DNA of 64,000 nt, from NCBI GenBank assembly GCA_046290225.1, contig JBKAGE010000078.1, forward strand, positions 384,001 through 448,000. The letters are read 5' to 3'. The notes beneath the pieces are model-generated. The model saw nothing but the letters and a program-made list of their open reading frames with translations, did no database searches and was not told the DNA's origin. This DNA is from Bradymonadia bacterium. Its GTDB lineage: Bacteria; Myxococcota_A; Bradymonadia; UBA7976; UBA1532. The stretch's first letter is position 1; every line of letters begins with the position of its first letter. This document shows positions 1 through 9,225 of this stretch, in pieces. Position numbers and translations under genes: made by a program.

Positions 1-170
1 GGCTGAACACAGACACCCACCAGACAGGCGAGACCAGAGCTGCACGTACCGTTTGGTCCACACGATTGACCGATGGAGGTGTAATCGATGGCGGGCGTGC
101 CGCCCTGGTCGATTTGTGCACATCCCCAGCCCGTCATCATCAGCGTCAGCGCCCAGAGCCCGACTCGCAT
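1..170 (-). CDS. Cys-rich lipoprotein, N-terminal part (truncated by window edge)
   Basis: Manual translation MRVGLWALTLMMTGWGC-AQIDQGG...SCGPNGTCSSGLACLVGVCVQ; signal peptide with lipobox-like Cys; GGAGG RBS upstream; not in ORF track. Confidence 0.7.
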   Translation of the reverse strand, partial: MRVGLWALTLMMTGWGCAQIDQGGTPAIDYTSIGQSCGPNGTCSSGLACLVGVCVQ

Positions 171-357
171 GTTCATCCTCCACCAGTCCGATCAACTCAG
201 ACTGACGCAAGGGCCGGGCCAACCTACCTTCACCACTGTTCTCGAGGACTTTCGCCACCGGCCCCCTGTATGGAGCCCCAAAAACGTGCTGCCCAGGTCA
301 CTGAACACAGCTCAGTGTGTCCATCCGGTCTCACTGGACCTCTGATGCCGCTTTGAG

Positions 358-385
358 TTGAAACCCCCGATACAGCCACTAAGCT
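358..385 (+). promoter_or_regulatory. possible sigma70-type promoter of the flotillin operon
   Basis: TTGAAA-16nt-TAAGCT, ~30 nt before ATG 416; GGGAG RBS at 401-405. Confidence 0.35.
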
Positions 386-415
386 GCCAGACTCGCATCG
401 GGGAGTAGTGCTTAT

Positions 416-1207
416 ATGGCGAGTCTTTCGGACGTCCTTCTGACGTGGCCTACGGTCATGTACACCATCGCGATGGCCCTGATCCTGCTCTACTGGCTCA
501 CGGTCATCCTGGGCGCCCTGGACATCGACGTGCTCGACTTCGACGTCGATCTCGACGGCGGCGTCGATGGCGCGCTGGACGGCGCCCTCGATGGTGCTGT
601 GGATGGTGCCGTCGATGGTGCCGTGGACGCAGCCCTCGATGGTGCAGCAGAGGGCGCAGCGGAAGGGGTCGCAGAAGGCGCAACCGAGGGCGCAGCAGAA
701 GGCGCCGGTGAAAGCAGCGGTGGTCTGCTCTCGGGTCTTTTCGGGTTGCTCGGCGCCTTGAAGCTTCGGGTGGTGCCCGTCACCGTGGCCTTGAGCTTCA
801 TCATCCTCATCGCCTGGAGCGCCACGTTCTTCCTGATGGCCAACTTCGGCGCCGAGATCAGCGGGGTCATGCCCGGCTGGTTGCTCGGTGGCCTCGTGCT
901 GCTTGGGGCCTTCGTCGTGGGCTTGCTCGGCGCCTCGGTGGCGGTGCAACCTCTGGGGCGCTTCTTCCACACCGAGCCTGCAGCTCGACGCAACGCCGTC
1001 ATCGGTCACTTTTGTGAAATCTCCACGGGCCGGGTCGACCACCGATTCGGTCAGGCGCTGTTCCATGACGGCGCCGCCGGCCTCGTGCTGCAGGTGCGTT
1101 GTGATCGGGACAACGGCCTCAAACGAGGAGATCAGGCCCTCATCGTCGACTTCGACGATCATCGGGAGGCCTTCCTCGTCGAAATGATCGACAGATCACG
1201 CTCTTGA
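416..1207 (+). CDS. YqiJ/DUF1449 (NfeD-like) membrane protein with C-terminal OB-fold
   Basis: Several TM segments, acidic D-x repeat loop, VPVTVALS motif, C-terminal G..C.I.TGRVD..FGQA...DG.AGL.L.VRC; directly upstream of a flotillin gene. Confidence 0.85.
   Translation: MASLSDVLLTWPTVMYTIAMALILLYWLTVILGALDIDVLDFDVDLDGGVDGALDGALDGAVDGAVDGAVDAALDGAAEGAAEGVAEGATEGAAEGAGESSGGLLSGLFGLLGALKLRVVPVTVALSFIILIAWSATFFLMANFGAEISGVMPGWLLGGLVLLGAFVVGLLGASVAVQPLGRFFHTEPAARRNAVIGHFCEISTGRVDHRFGQALFHDGAAGLVLQVRCDRDNGLKRGDQALIVDFDDHREAFLVEMIDRSRS
554..709 (+). repeat. 12-bp coding tandem repeat, 13 x (D/E)G(A)x tetrapeptide
   Basis: DGGV DGAL DGAL DGAV DGAV DGAV DAAL DGAA EGAA EGVA EGAT EGAA EGAG. Confidence 0.9.
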
Positions 1208-1259
1208 AACTCAACCTCGTCTGTTCTGCTGACCACTTGCCAAGGAGTTCGCGCCTGTC

Positions 1260-3503
1260 ATGAACTTGCAGTTCCTCCTCATCGCCGTCGGCGTCTTCAT
1301 CGTCATCGTCATCGGGATCCTGGTCATGATCACGCGGTTCTACCGCAAGGTCGATCAGGGTCAGGCCCTCATCGTGAACAAGCTCAAGGCCGAGCCGGAG
1401 GTCACCTTCACCGGCGGGGTGGTGCTGCCCATCGTGCACCGCGCAGAGACCATGGACATCTCGGTGAAAGCCATCGAGATCGCCCGCCGTGGCGCGGAAG
1501 GGCTCATCTGTCGGGACAACATCCGGGCCGACATCAAGGTGAACTTCTTCGTACGGGTGAACAAGACCACCGAAGACGTGCTCAAGGTGGCCCAGAACAT
1601 CGGCTGCGTCCGGGCCAGCGATCGCGCCACCCTGGAAGAGCTGTTCGTGGCGAAGTTCTCCGAAGCCCTGAAGACCGTCGGTAAGCGGCTCGAGTTCGAG
1701 GAGCTCTACACCAAGCGCGAAGAGTTCAAGGACCAGATCGTCGAGGTCATCGGCCGCGATCTCAACGGCTATGTGCTCGACGACGCCGCCATCGACTACC
1801 TCGAGATGACCCCCCTCGACCAGATGGACGCCAACAACATCCTCGACGCCCAGGGCATCCGGAAGATCACCGAGATCACCAGCCAGCAGAACGTGCGCAC
1901 CAACGATCTCAAGCAGACCGAGCGCATGGAGATCGGGCGCCAGAACCTGGCCTCCGACGAAGCCCTGTTCCGCTTCGAGCAGCAGCGCGCCGACGCTGAG
2001 GCCAAAAAGAACAAAGAGGTGGCCATCACCCAGGCCCGTGAGCAGAACGAGGCCCTCCGGGTGCAGCAGGAAGAAGGTAAGAAGACCGCCATCGCTCGGA
2101 ACAAGGCCGAGGAAGAAGTGGCCATCAGCGCCGAGGCCAAGGCCCGCTCCGTCGCCGTAGCGGCGAAGGCGCGGGAGCGCGAGATCGGCGTCGAAGAGGT
2201 GCGCATCAAGAAGGCCTCTGATCTCGAGGAGATCGGCCGCGAGCGCGAGGTGGAGCTGCGACGCATCTCCAAAGAAAAGGATCTCGAGGTCGAGCGGAAG
2301 GACATCGCCGACGTGGTGCGCCAGCGCATCGCCGTGGACAAGACCGTCGCCGAGGAAGAAGAGCGCATCAAAGATCTGCGGGCGCAGGCGGAAGCCGAGC
2401 GTGAGAAGCAGGTGAAGATGGTGAAGGCCGAGGCCGACGCCCAGGAGGCCCTCGTCAAGGAGATCAAGGCCGCCGAGGCCAACGAGGCCGTGGCCAAGTT
2501 CAAGGCCCGGGAGCGCCTCATCAGCGCCGACGCCGAGGTAGAAGCCGCTGACAAGGCCGCCCGCGCCAAGACGCGCCTCGCCGAGGGTGTGCAGGCCGAG
2601 CAGGCCGCCCACGGCCTCGCCGAGGTCCGGGTGCAGGAGGCGCAGGCCGCCGCCATCGAGAAGCAGGGTCTCGCCGAGGCCCGGGTCACCAAGGAGAAGA
2701 TGAACGCCGAGGCCGAGGGTCAGGAGTCCCAGGGCATGGCCCGCCTGAAGGTGCGCCAGGCCGAGGTCGAGGTCACCGAGCAGGAAGGCATGCTCAAGGC
2801 CAAGCTGGTGAGAGAGCAGCGCGAGGCCGAGGCCAACGCCATCGAGCAACAGGGCGTCGCCGAAGCGAAGGTCAAGGAAGCCCACGCCGCGGCCATCGAG
2901 AAGCAGGGCACCGCAGAGGCCGCCGCCATCCGCGAGAAGCTCGCCGCCGAGGCCGCCGGCCTCGCGGAGAAGGCCGAGGCCATGAAGGCCCTCGACGGTG
3001 CCGGTCGGGAGCACGAGGAGTTCCGCATCAAGCTGGAGCAGGAGCGCGAGATCGCCATGGCCAAGATCCAGGCTCGGGTCCAGGTGAGCGAGGCTCAGGC
3101 CCGCGTCATGGCCAACGCCTTCGATCAGGCGAAGATCAACATCGTCGGCGGCGACGGTCAGTTCTTCGACCGGTTCCTCAAGGCTGTGAGCCTCGGCCAC
3201 GCCGTCGACGGCTTCATGGACGCGAGCACCACGGCGCAGACCGCCCTGGGCGAGTACCAGGACGGCAGCCGTAGCTTGCCCAACGATCTCACCGAGATCC
3301 TGAGCCGCCCCGCCATCGGCCCCGAAGGCATCAAGGACCTCTCCCTCGTGGCCTTGATCAAGAAGCTGATGGACGGCGCTGGCCCCGATGACATGGTGAA
3401 GCTGCGGGCCCTGCTGGCCCAGGTGCAGCGCCAGGGCATCGGCGGCCTCTCTCTGCTGCCTGCGGGCACGCACACCAAGGGCACTCCTGACGCCGAGGGC
3501 TGA
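1260..3503 (+). CDS. Flotillin/SPFH (band 7) family protein, YqiK-like
   Basis: N-terminal TM, SPFH domain (GLICRDNIRADIKVNFFVRVN), long AEA-rich coiled coil; AAGGAG RBS. Confidence 0.92.
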   Translation: MNLQFLLIAVGVFIVIVIGILVMITRFYRKVDQGQALIVNKLKAEPEVTFTGGVVLPIVHRAETMDISVKAIEIARRGAEGLICRDNIRADIKVNFFVRVNKTTEDVLKVAQNIGCVRASDRATLEELFVAKFSEALKTVGKRLEFEELYTKREEFKDQIVEVIGRDLNGYVLDDAAIDYLEMTPLDQMDANNILDAQGIRKITEITSQQNVRTNDLKQTERMEIGRQNLASDEALFRFEQQRADAEAKKNKEVAITQAREQNEALRVQQEEGKKTAIARNKAEEEVAISAEAKARSVAVAAKAREREIGVEEVRIKKASDLEEIGREREVELRRISKEKDLEVERKDIADVVRQRIAVDKTVAEEEERIKDLRAQAEAEREKQVKMVKAEADAQEALVKEIKAAEANEAVAKFKARERLISADAEVEAADKAARAKTRLAEGVQAEQAAHGLAEVRVQEAQAAAIEKQGLAEARVTKEKMNAEAEGQESQGMARLKVRQAEVEVTEQEGMLKAKLVREQREAEANAIEQQGVAEAKVKEAHAAAIEKQGTAEAAAIREKLAAEAAGLAEKAEAMKALDGAGREHEEFRIKLEQEREIAMAKIQARVQVSEAQARVMANAFDQAKINIVGGDGQFFDRFLKAVSLGHAVDGFMDASTTAQTALGEYQDGSRSLPNDLTEILSRPAIGPEGIKDLSLVALIKKLMDGAGPDDMVKLRALLAQVQRQGIGGLSLLPAGTHTKGTPDAEG

Positions 3504-6500
3504 TGAGCACCGACACCGAAGTCCAGTCTGATGTCGGAGAAGAAGGCGGCGCTCAGCTCGCCGGGGGCAACTACGACCTGATCCACCGGCGCCTGCTCAA
3601 CCAGGCCGGTGAGCTCAAGGCCCTGGTGGCCGCCCTCGACGAGCGCCGCAAGGCCACCTTCGGCAGCACCGATCTCACCGTGGTGGGCAACGAGCGCGTG
3701 CGGACCGAGCACAACTGCGTGCCTCGGGACATCGCCAACGTCGGCGGCCGCCTGTTGTTCGGCTACAACGTCTTCATGGGACTCAAGCAGGGCACCGCCG
3801 TGGATGACGTGCTGGGCCTGCACCAGTTCAGCGAGGCAGACGGCGGGGGGTTCGACTTCTCCGCCCTCCCCGGCGACGACGCCGACCGGGCCTACCTGCA
3901 GGACCCGCAGTTCCACAAAGACTTCGACGACCTCTACAAGTACTACCGGGACACACGTCTCGCCGCCTTGAGGGTGACGGAGAGTCAGCTGCTCGCCGTG
4001 TTCCAGGTGAGCGAGCGGGTCGACGATCTCAAGGTCTTCCGGTGGCGCATCGAGTCTTCAGGTCAGCTCAGCTACGTCGATAACCGCGGTGATCGGGACT
4101 ACACGTTCCCCCCGAGCCACGACTTCGAGTGGAAGCTCACCGGCCGCGAGCACCACGTCTATGGTGATCACCCTCACGTGAACATCGAAGATGTGGTCTT
4201 CGTGGAGACGGTGGGTGGTGATCTCACCATCAAGATCGAGGACAACACCGAGGACGGCGAGGGCATCTACAGCGAGCCCGTCGACGACGGGAACCAGACC
4301 CTCGACGATGCCGAGATCCATTACGCCCGGGTGGGCCACCTGGTACTGCTCAAGATCCTCCCTTACCGAGAGCTGGCGTATCGCTATCTGGTCTTCAACA
4401 CCCGCACCCACGACGTGCAGCGCATCGACGGCATCGGCGAGGCCTGTGTCCAGTTGCCGGAAGATCACGGCATCATGTTCCCGGGCGGGTACTACCTGAA
4501 TACCGGGGAGCACAAGGTCTTCGAGGGTGAGACCGAGGGCCTCGAGTTCAAGCGCATCATCAAGAGCCCCAACGGCGAAGACGTCATGTACGTCTTCTTC
4601 CGGCGCACCGACGGCCACTATCAGCTGCTGCCGTACAACCTCATCGACAAAGCAGTGCAGAGCCCCATCGAGTGCCACGGCTACAGCCTCTTCGACGACG
4701 GCCGCATGGTGGTGTTCCGTGCTCTGAGCGACGAGCCCACCCGTGTGCACCCCATGCAGGTGTGGCAGACCCCGTTCATGTCGCTTGAGTTCGCCGCCAG
4801 CGCCCCCACGGACAGCCGCTACCCGCAGCTCTCCAAGATCGGGAACGCCGATTTGGTGCGGGGGATCAGCGAGCTGTACTCCATTGAACGACTCGCGGAG
4901 CACCCGCAGCCCAACCGGGCCATCTTCGAAGATCTCATCGCCGCCATCAGCCGCATCGGCGACGCCCACTTCTGGCTCGGCTCGAGCAGCCAGAAAGAAG
5001 GCGCACAGAGCGAGGAAATCGGGGCGATCCCTGAAGCCCTCGATCAGATGCGCCGCACCGCCGATCTCATCGTCGACGAGTACGAGAAGGTGGTCCTGCT
5101 CAAGGATCGGGCGCGGGCGGCCCTCGCCGAGGCCGAGCAGGCCCACAGCGATCTCGTGGCGGGGCTGCGACCTGAAGACTTCCGTCGGGTGGACGACTTC
5201 ATGCAGTCCCTCACCGACTTGCGTACGCGCCGTGGGCAGCTCATCAGCGTCAAAGAGGTGCGTTACATCGACCTCGAGCGCATCGACGCTTTGGAGCAGG
5301 CCACCATCGAGGCCTACGACAAGGTGGGTCGGGCGTGCGTCCGGTTCCTGTTGCGAGATGAAGCCCTCGCCCCCCTCACCGCAGAGATCGATCGTCTGCT
5401 CGCCAGCCTCGAAGGGGTCAAGAAGGTCAAAGAGGTGGCCCCCCTCGTAGAGAAGGCCGACAGCATCAGCGAAGGCCTCGACGTGCTCACCGAAGTCATC
5501 GGCGGCCTCGAGGTGGAGGACGCCACTGAGCGCACCGGCATCTTGGAGTCGATCTCCGAGGTCTTCAGCCATCTGAACCGCGCCCGGGCCACCCTCAAGA
5601 ACAAGCGGAAGAGCCTGCTCACCGCCGAGGGGCAGGCGGAGTTCGCCGCCCAGTTCAAGCTCTTCGGCCAGAGCGCTCAGTCGGCCCTGGGGCTGTGCGA
5701 CACCCCTGAGAAATGTGACGACCAGCTCGGACGCTTGATGGTGCAGCTCGAAGAGCTCGAGGCCCGCTTCAGCGAGTTCGACGAATACCTCGGCGATCTC
5801 GCGAGCAAGCGCGAAGAGGTCTACGAGGCCTTCGCCGCCCACAAGCAGACCCTGCTCGAAGAGCGCCAGCGCCGGGCAGGCAACCTCGTCAAGGCTGGAG
5901 AGCGCATCCTCTCCGGCGTGGCCCGACGGGCCGCCACCATGAAGGGCGACGACGAGCTCAACGCGTGGTTCGCCGCCGACGCCATGGTGATGAAGCTGCG
6001 CACCCTCGTGGAGCAGCTGCGAGATCTCGGTGACGGCGTCAAGGCCGACGAGCTGGAGAGCCGGCTCATCGCCGCCAAGCAAGAGGCCTTGCGAGGTCTA
6101 CGCGATCGCCAGGATCTCTTCGAAGAAGGCGAGAACGTCATCAAGCTCGGGCGTCATCGCTTCAGCGTGAACACCCGCCCCATGGAGCTGACGCTGGTGC
6201 CCCGTGAAGACCGCATGGCGTTTCACCTCACCGGCACCGACTTCTACAGCATCGTCGACGACGAGGTCTTCGAGGCCACCGCCCCCTTCTGGAGCCAGAG
6301 CCTCGTCTCCGAGAGCAAGGCGGTCTATCGCGGGGAATACCTCGCCGCGAGCATCCTCTTCGCCGCAGAGGCCCCAGGCGGCACGTTCTCCCTCGCCGAT
6401 CTGCACGCCGATCTCCGAGGCACAGACGGCGGTCCGGATCATGGCCCTGTGGCCCAGGGCGCGGGTCATCCAGACCCCGGCCTGCTGGCGCGGGTCCGCT

Positions 6501-8986
6501 CCGTGGCGGAGTCGCGGTACGACGAGGGCTACGAGCGTGGCCTGCACGACGCCGACGCAACCCTCATCCTCGAGAAGCTGCTCAACCTGCACGAGGGCGC
6601 CGGCCTGCTGCGCTTCGGGGCGCATATCCGTGCCTTGGGCCAGCTCTTCTGGAGCCACGGCGTCGCCACCGCCTCCGGCGACTTCGAGAAGCTGATGCAG
6701 CAGTGGCATCGCCGGGCGGTGAGCCTCGGGCGCCTGCGGGCCGCCTTCGGCCGGGCCCCTGCCCTCGGGGATCTCGCAGCTGATCTGACTGAGGCCCTGC
6801 AGGTTTTCGTCGACGAGCACGGCCTCGGCGATCATTGGAGCGAGGCCGACCTGCTCCGGGGGGGTCGCTATCTGGTAGAGGAGCTGGCCAAGCCGAAGTT
6901 GAGCTTCACCGTGAGCCAGGAAGCCCGTCACGTGGGCGACGCGCTCTGGAAGGCCCTCGAGGATCATCGAGATCCCGTGCGCACGGGCGGCGCCCTCAGC
7001 GGTCGGGCTGCCTTGGAGGCCGATCTCCGGGCCTTCGATCAGCTCTCCGACGGGCAGTCGCTGATCCATCGATTCGAGGTGCTCGTGGCCTGGATCGAGG
7101 CCTTCGTGGGCGCCAAGGGCGATGAGGGAGAGCGGCACCTGATCACCGAGGTGGCGGCGCTGCTCACCGACGAGCGACTCCCGCGCAAGGCCACCGCCGC
7201 CCTCACCGAGACCACAGTCGAAGGCCTGCTCGGGCAGCACCGCCGAATCGAAGACGGCAAGATGGTGCTGCGGATCGACGAGTTCCTCGGGCGCCTCACC
7301 GACTTCGTGGAGCATCAGGTGCCGGGCTATCGCGGCTACCGCCAGGCCCGAACCACGCTGCTCGAGACCACCCGTAGCCAGCTTCGCCTCGACGAGTACA
7401 CCCCCAAGGTGATGAGCGCCTTCGTGCGCAACCGCCTCATCGACGAGGTCTATCTGCACATGGTCGGCGACAACCTCGCCAAGCAGATGGGCAGCGTCGG
7501 CGAGGGCAAGCGCACCGACCAGATGGGCCTGCTGCTGCTCGTCTCCCCACCCGGGTACGGCAAGACCACCCTCATGGAGTACGTGGCCAACCGCCTGGGC
7601 CTCGTCTTCGTGAAGGTGAACGGCCCCGCCCTGGGCCATGGCGTCATCTCCCTCGACCCTTCGGAGGCCCCCAACGCCACCGCCCGACAAGAGGTGGACA
7701 AGATCAACTTCGCCCTCGAGATGGGCAACAACGTGATGCTCTATCTCGACGACATCCAGCACACCCACCCGGAGCTGCTGCAGAAGTTCATCAGCCTCTG
7801 CGATGCCCAGCGGCGCATCGAGGGCGTCTGGAAGGGGCGCACCCGGACCTATGACCTGCGGGGCAAGAAGTTCTGCGTGGTCATGGCCGGGAACCCCTAC
7901 ACCGAGTCGGGTGATCGCTTTCAGATCCCCGACATGCTGGCCAACCGCGCCGACACCTACAACCTCGGTGACATCCTCGAAGGTCGGGACGAGGTCTTCG
8001 CGCTGAGCTACGTGGAGAACAGCCTCACCAGCAACCCCACCCTGGCGCCTCTGGCCACCCGAGATCGCGAAGACATCCACCGGTTCATCAAGAAGGCTCA
8101 GGGCGCCGAGATCGCCGACACCGACTTCAGCCACGCCTACTCAGCGGTGGAGATCAACGAGATCACCGAGGTGCTCAAGCGGCTGTTCCAGGTCCGCGAT
8201 GTCTTGCTGGCGGTGAACTTGATGTACATCGAGTCCGCTGCTCAGGAAGACGCCTACCGCACTGAGCCGCCCTTCAAGCTGCAAGGCAGCTACCGCAACA
8301 TGAACAAGGTGGCGGAGAAGGTGGTGGCGGCGATGAACGCCGCAGAGCTCGAGGCCCTCATCGACGATCACTACGCCGGTGAAAGCCAGACCCTCACCGC
8401 CGGCGCCGAGGCCAATCTGCTCAAGCTCGCGGAGCTACGAAACCGCATGAGCCCCGAGCAGTCTCAGCGCTGGGCCACGATCAAGTCCGACTTCAGCCGC
8501 AACACCCGTATGGGCGGCGACGAGACAGATCCGGCGACCCGCATCGCGGGCCTGCTCGCCGATGTGGGGCAAAGCCTCGAGCGCATCGGCCACGCGGTGT
8601 CCACCGTGGGCCAGCCTCAGTCGGGCGTAGTGGCGGAGCTTCAGGGCATGAAGGCCCTTTTGCTCGCCGCAATGGAAGAAGCGAAGTCGTCCCCGATGCC
8701 CACGAGTGGCCCCAGCCCGGATCAGGGCGCCCTGGCAACAGCCCTGGCAGGTCTGCAGAGCGCTGTGGAGCAGGCCACCCGCCCCGTGGTGGATCTGCGC
8801 ATCGAGAACGCGCCGCCGCCAGGCGTCGAAGAGCTGCTGGGTCAGCACGTGGCCATCGTCGAGCGCACGCTGGTGCCGCTCGTACAGACGGCGACGCAGT
8901 ACATGCACGATGGTGGCTCATTGGTCGAAGAGCTGCGAACGCTGCTCGATCACCTTCGAGCGGCCACTTCGGGAGGTGCTTCATGA
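3503..8986 (+). CDS. Large AAA+ ATPase (DUF3686 / so-called 'DNA repair ATPase' family), 1827 aa
   Basis: Beta-rich N-terminus, long coiled coil, C-terminal AAA+ domain with Walker A SPPGYGKTT, Walker B MLYLDD, sensor-1 VMAGN, Arg-finger LANR; TGATG overlap with flotillin stop. Confidence 0.88.
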   Translation: MSTDTEVQSDVGEEGGAQLAGGNYDLIHRRLLNQAGELKALVAALDERRKATFGSTDLTVVGNERVRTEHNCVPRDIANVGGRLLFGYNVFMGLKQGTAVDDVLGLHQFSEADGGGFDFSALPGDDADRAYLQDPQFHKDFDDLYKYYRDTRLAALRVTESQLLAVFQVSERVDDLKVFRWRIESSGQLSYVDNRGDRDYTFPPSHDFEWKLTGREHHVYGDHPHVNIEDVVFVETVGGDLTIKIEDNTEDGEGIYSEPVDDGNQTLDDAEIHYARVGHLVLLKILPYRELAYRYLVFNTRTHDVQRIDGIGEACVQLPEDHGIMFPGGYYLNTGEHKVFEGETEGLEFKRIIKSPNGEDVMYVFFRRTDGHYQLLPYNLIDKAVQSPIECHGYSLFDDGRMVVFRALSDEPTRVHPMQVWQTPFMSLEFAASAPTDSRYPQLSKIGNADLVRGISELYSIERLAEHPQPNRAIFEDLIAAISRIGDAHFWLGSSSQKEGAQSEEIGAIPEALDQMRRTADLIVDEYEKVVLLKDRARAALAEAEQAHSDLVAGLRPEDFRRVDDFMQSLTDLRTRRGQLISVKEVRYIDLERIDALEQATIEAYDKVGRACVRFLLRDEALAPLTAEIDRLLASLEGVKKVKEVAPLVEKADSISEGLDVLTEVIGGLEVEDATERTGILESISEVFSHLNRARATLKNKRKSLLTAEGQAEFAAQFKLFGQSAQSALGLCDTPEKCDDQLGRLMVQLEELEARFSEFDEYLGDLASKREEVYEAFAAHKQTLLEERQRRAGNLVKAGERILSGVARRAATMKGDDELNAWFAADAMVMKLRTLVEQLRDLGDGVKADELESRLIAAKQEALRGLRDRQDLFEEGENVIKLGRHRFSVNTRPMELTLVPREDRMAFHLTGTDFYSIVDDEVFEATAPFWSQSLVSESKAVYRGEYLAASILFAAEAPGGTFSLADLHADLRGTDGGPDHGPVAQGAGHPDPGLLARVRSVAESRYDEGYERGLHDADATLILEKLLNLHEGAGLLRFGAHIRALGQLFWSHGVATASGDFEKLMQQWHRRAVSLGRLRAAFGRAPALGDLAADLTEALQVFVDEHGLGDHWSEADLLRGGRYLVEELAKPKLSFTVSQEARHVGDALWKALEDHRDPVRTGGALSGRAALEADLRAFDQLSDGQSLIHRFEVLVAWIEAFVGAKGDEGERHLITEVAALLTDERLPRKATAALTETTVEGLLGQHRRIEDGKMVLRIDEFLGRLTDFVEHQVPGYRGYRQARTTLLETTRSQLRLDEYTPKVMSAFVRNRLIDEVYLHMVGDNLAKQMGSVGEGKRTDQMGLLLLVSPPGYGKTTLMEYVANRLGLVFVKVNGPALGHGVISLDPSEAPNATARQEVDKINFALEMGNNVMLYLDDIQHTHPELLQKFISLCDAQRRIEGVWKGRTRTYDLRGKKFCVVMAGNPYTESGDRFQIPDMLANRADTYNLGDILEGRDEVFALSYVENSLTSNPTLAPLATRDREDIHRFIKKAQGAEIADTDFSHAYSAVEINEITEVLKRLFQVRDVLLAVNLMYIESAAQEDAYRTEPPFKLQGSYRNMNKVAEKVVAAMNAAELEALIDDHYAGESQTLTAGAEANLLKLAELRNRMSPEQSQRWATIKSDFSRNTRMGGDETDPATRIAGLLADVGQSLERIGHAVSTVGQPQSGVVAELQGMKALLLAAMEEAKSSPMPTSGPSPDQGALATALAGLQSAVEQATRPVVDLRIENAPPPGVEELLGQHVAIVERTLVPLVQTATQYMHDGGSLVEELRTLLDHLRAATSGGAS

Positions 8987-9225
8987 TCGTCCGCGTGCCG
9001 TGGGATTCACTGCCCACCGAGACGCTCAATCGCCTGGTGGAAGAGTTCGTCACCCGCGATGGTACAGACTACGGGGAGCACGAGGTCGATACGGAGACCA
9101 AGGTGGTCCAAGTGCTGGGCCAGCTGCGCAAAGGCGATGTCGTGATCACCTTCGACAGCGATTTGGGCACCGCCAACATCGTGCTGAAGAAAGACGCCCC
9201 ACCGGCCCCAGAGGTCAGCGGCTGA
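8983..9225 (+). CDS. yheU: YheU (UPF0270) family protein
   Basis: VPWDSLPTETLNRLVEEFVTRDGTDYG signature; ATGA overlap with ATPase stop; GGAGGT RBS. Confidence 0.85.
   Translation: MIVRVPWDSLPTETLNRLVEEFVTRDGTDYGEHEVDTETKVVQVLGQLRKGDVVITFDSDLGTANIVLKKDAPPAPEVSG

Noticed and set aside
1..415. pspA upstream of the flotillin operon
   Set aside because: The region holds a divergent Cys-rich lipoprotein start and intergenic DNA, with no coiled-coil ORF
1140..8134. Minus-strand ORFs of 674-777 aa over the flotillin and ATPase genes
   Set aside because: Antisense shadow frames
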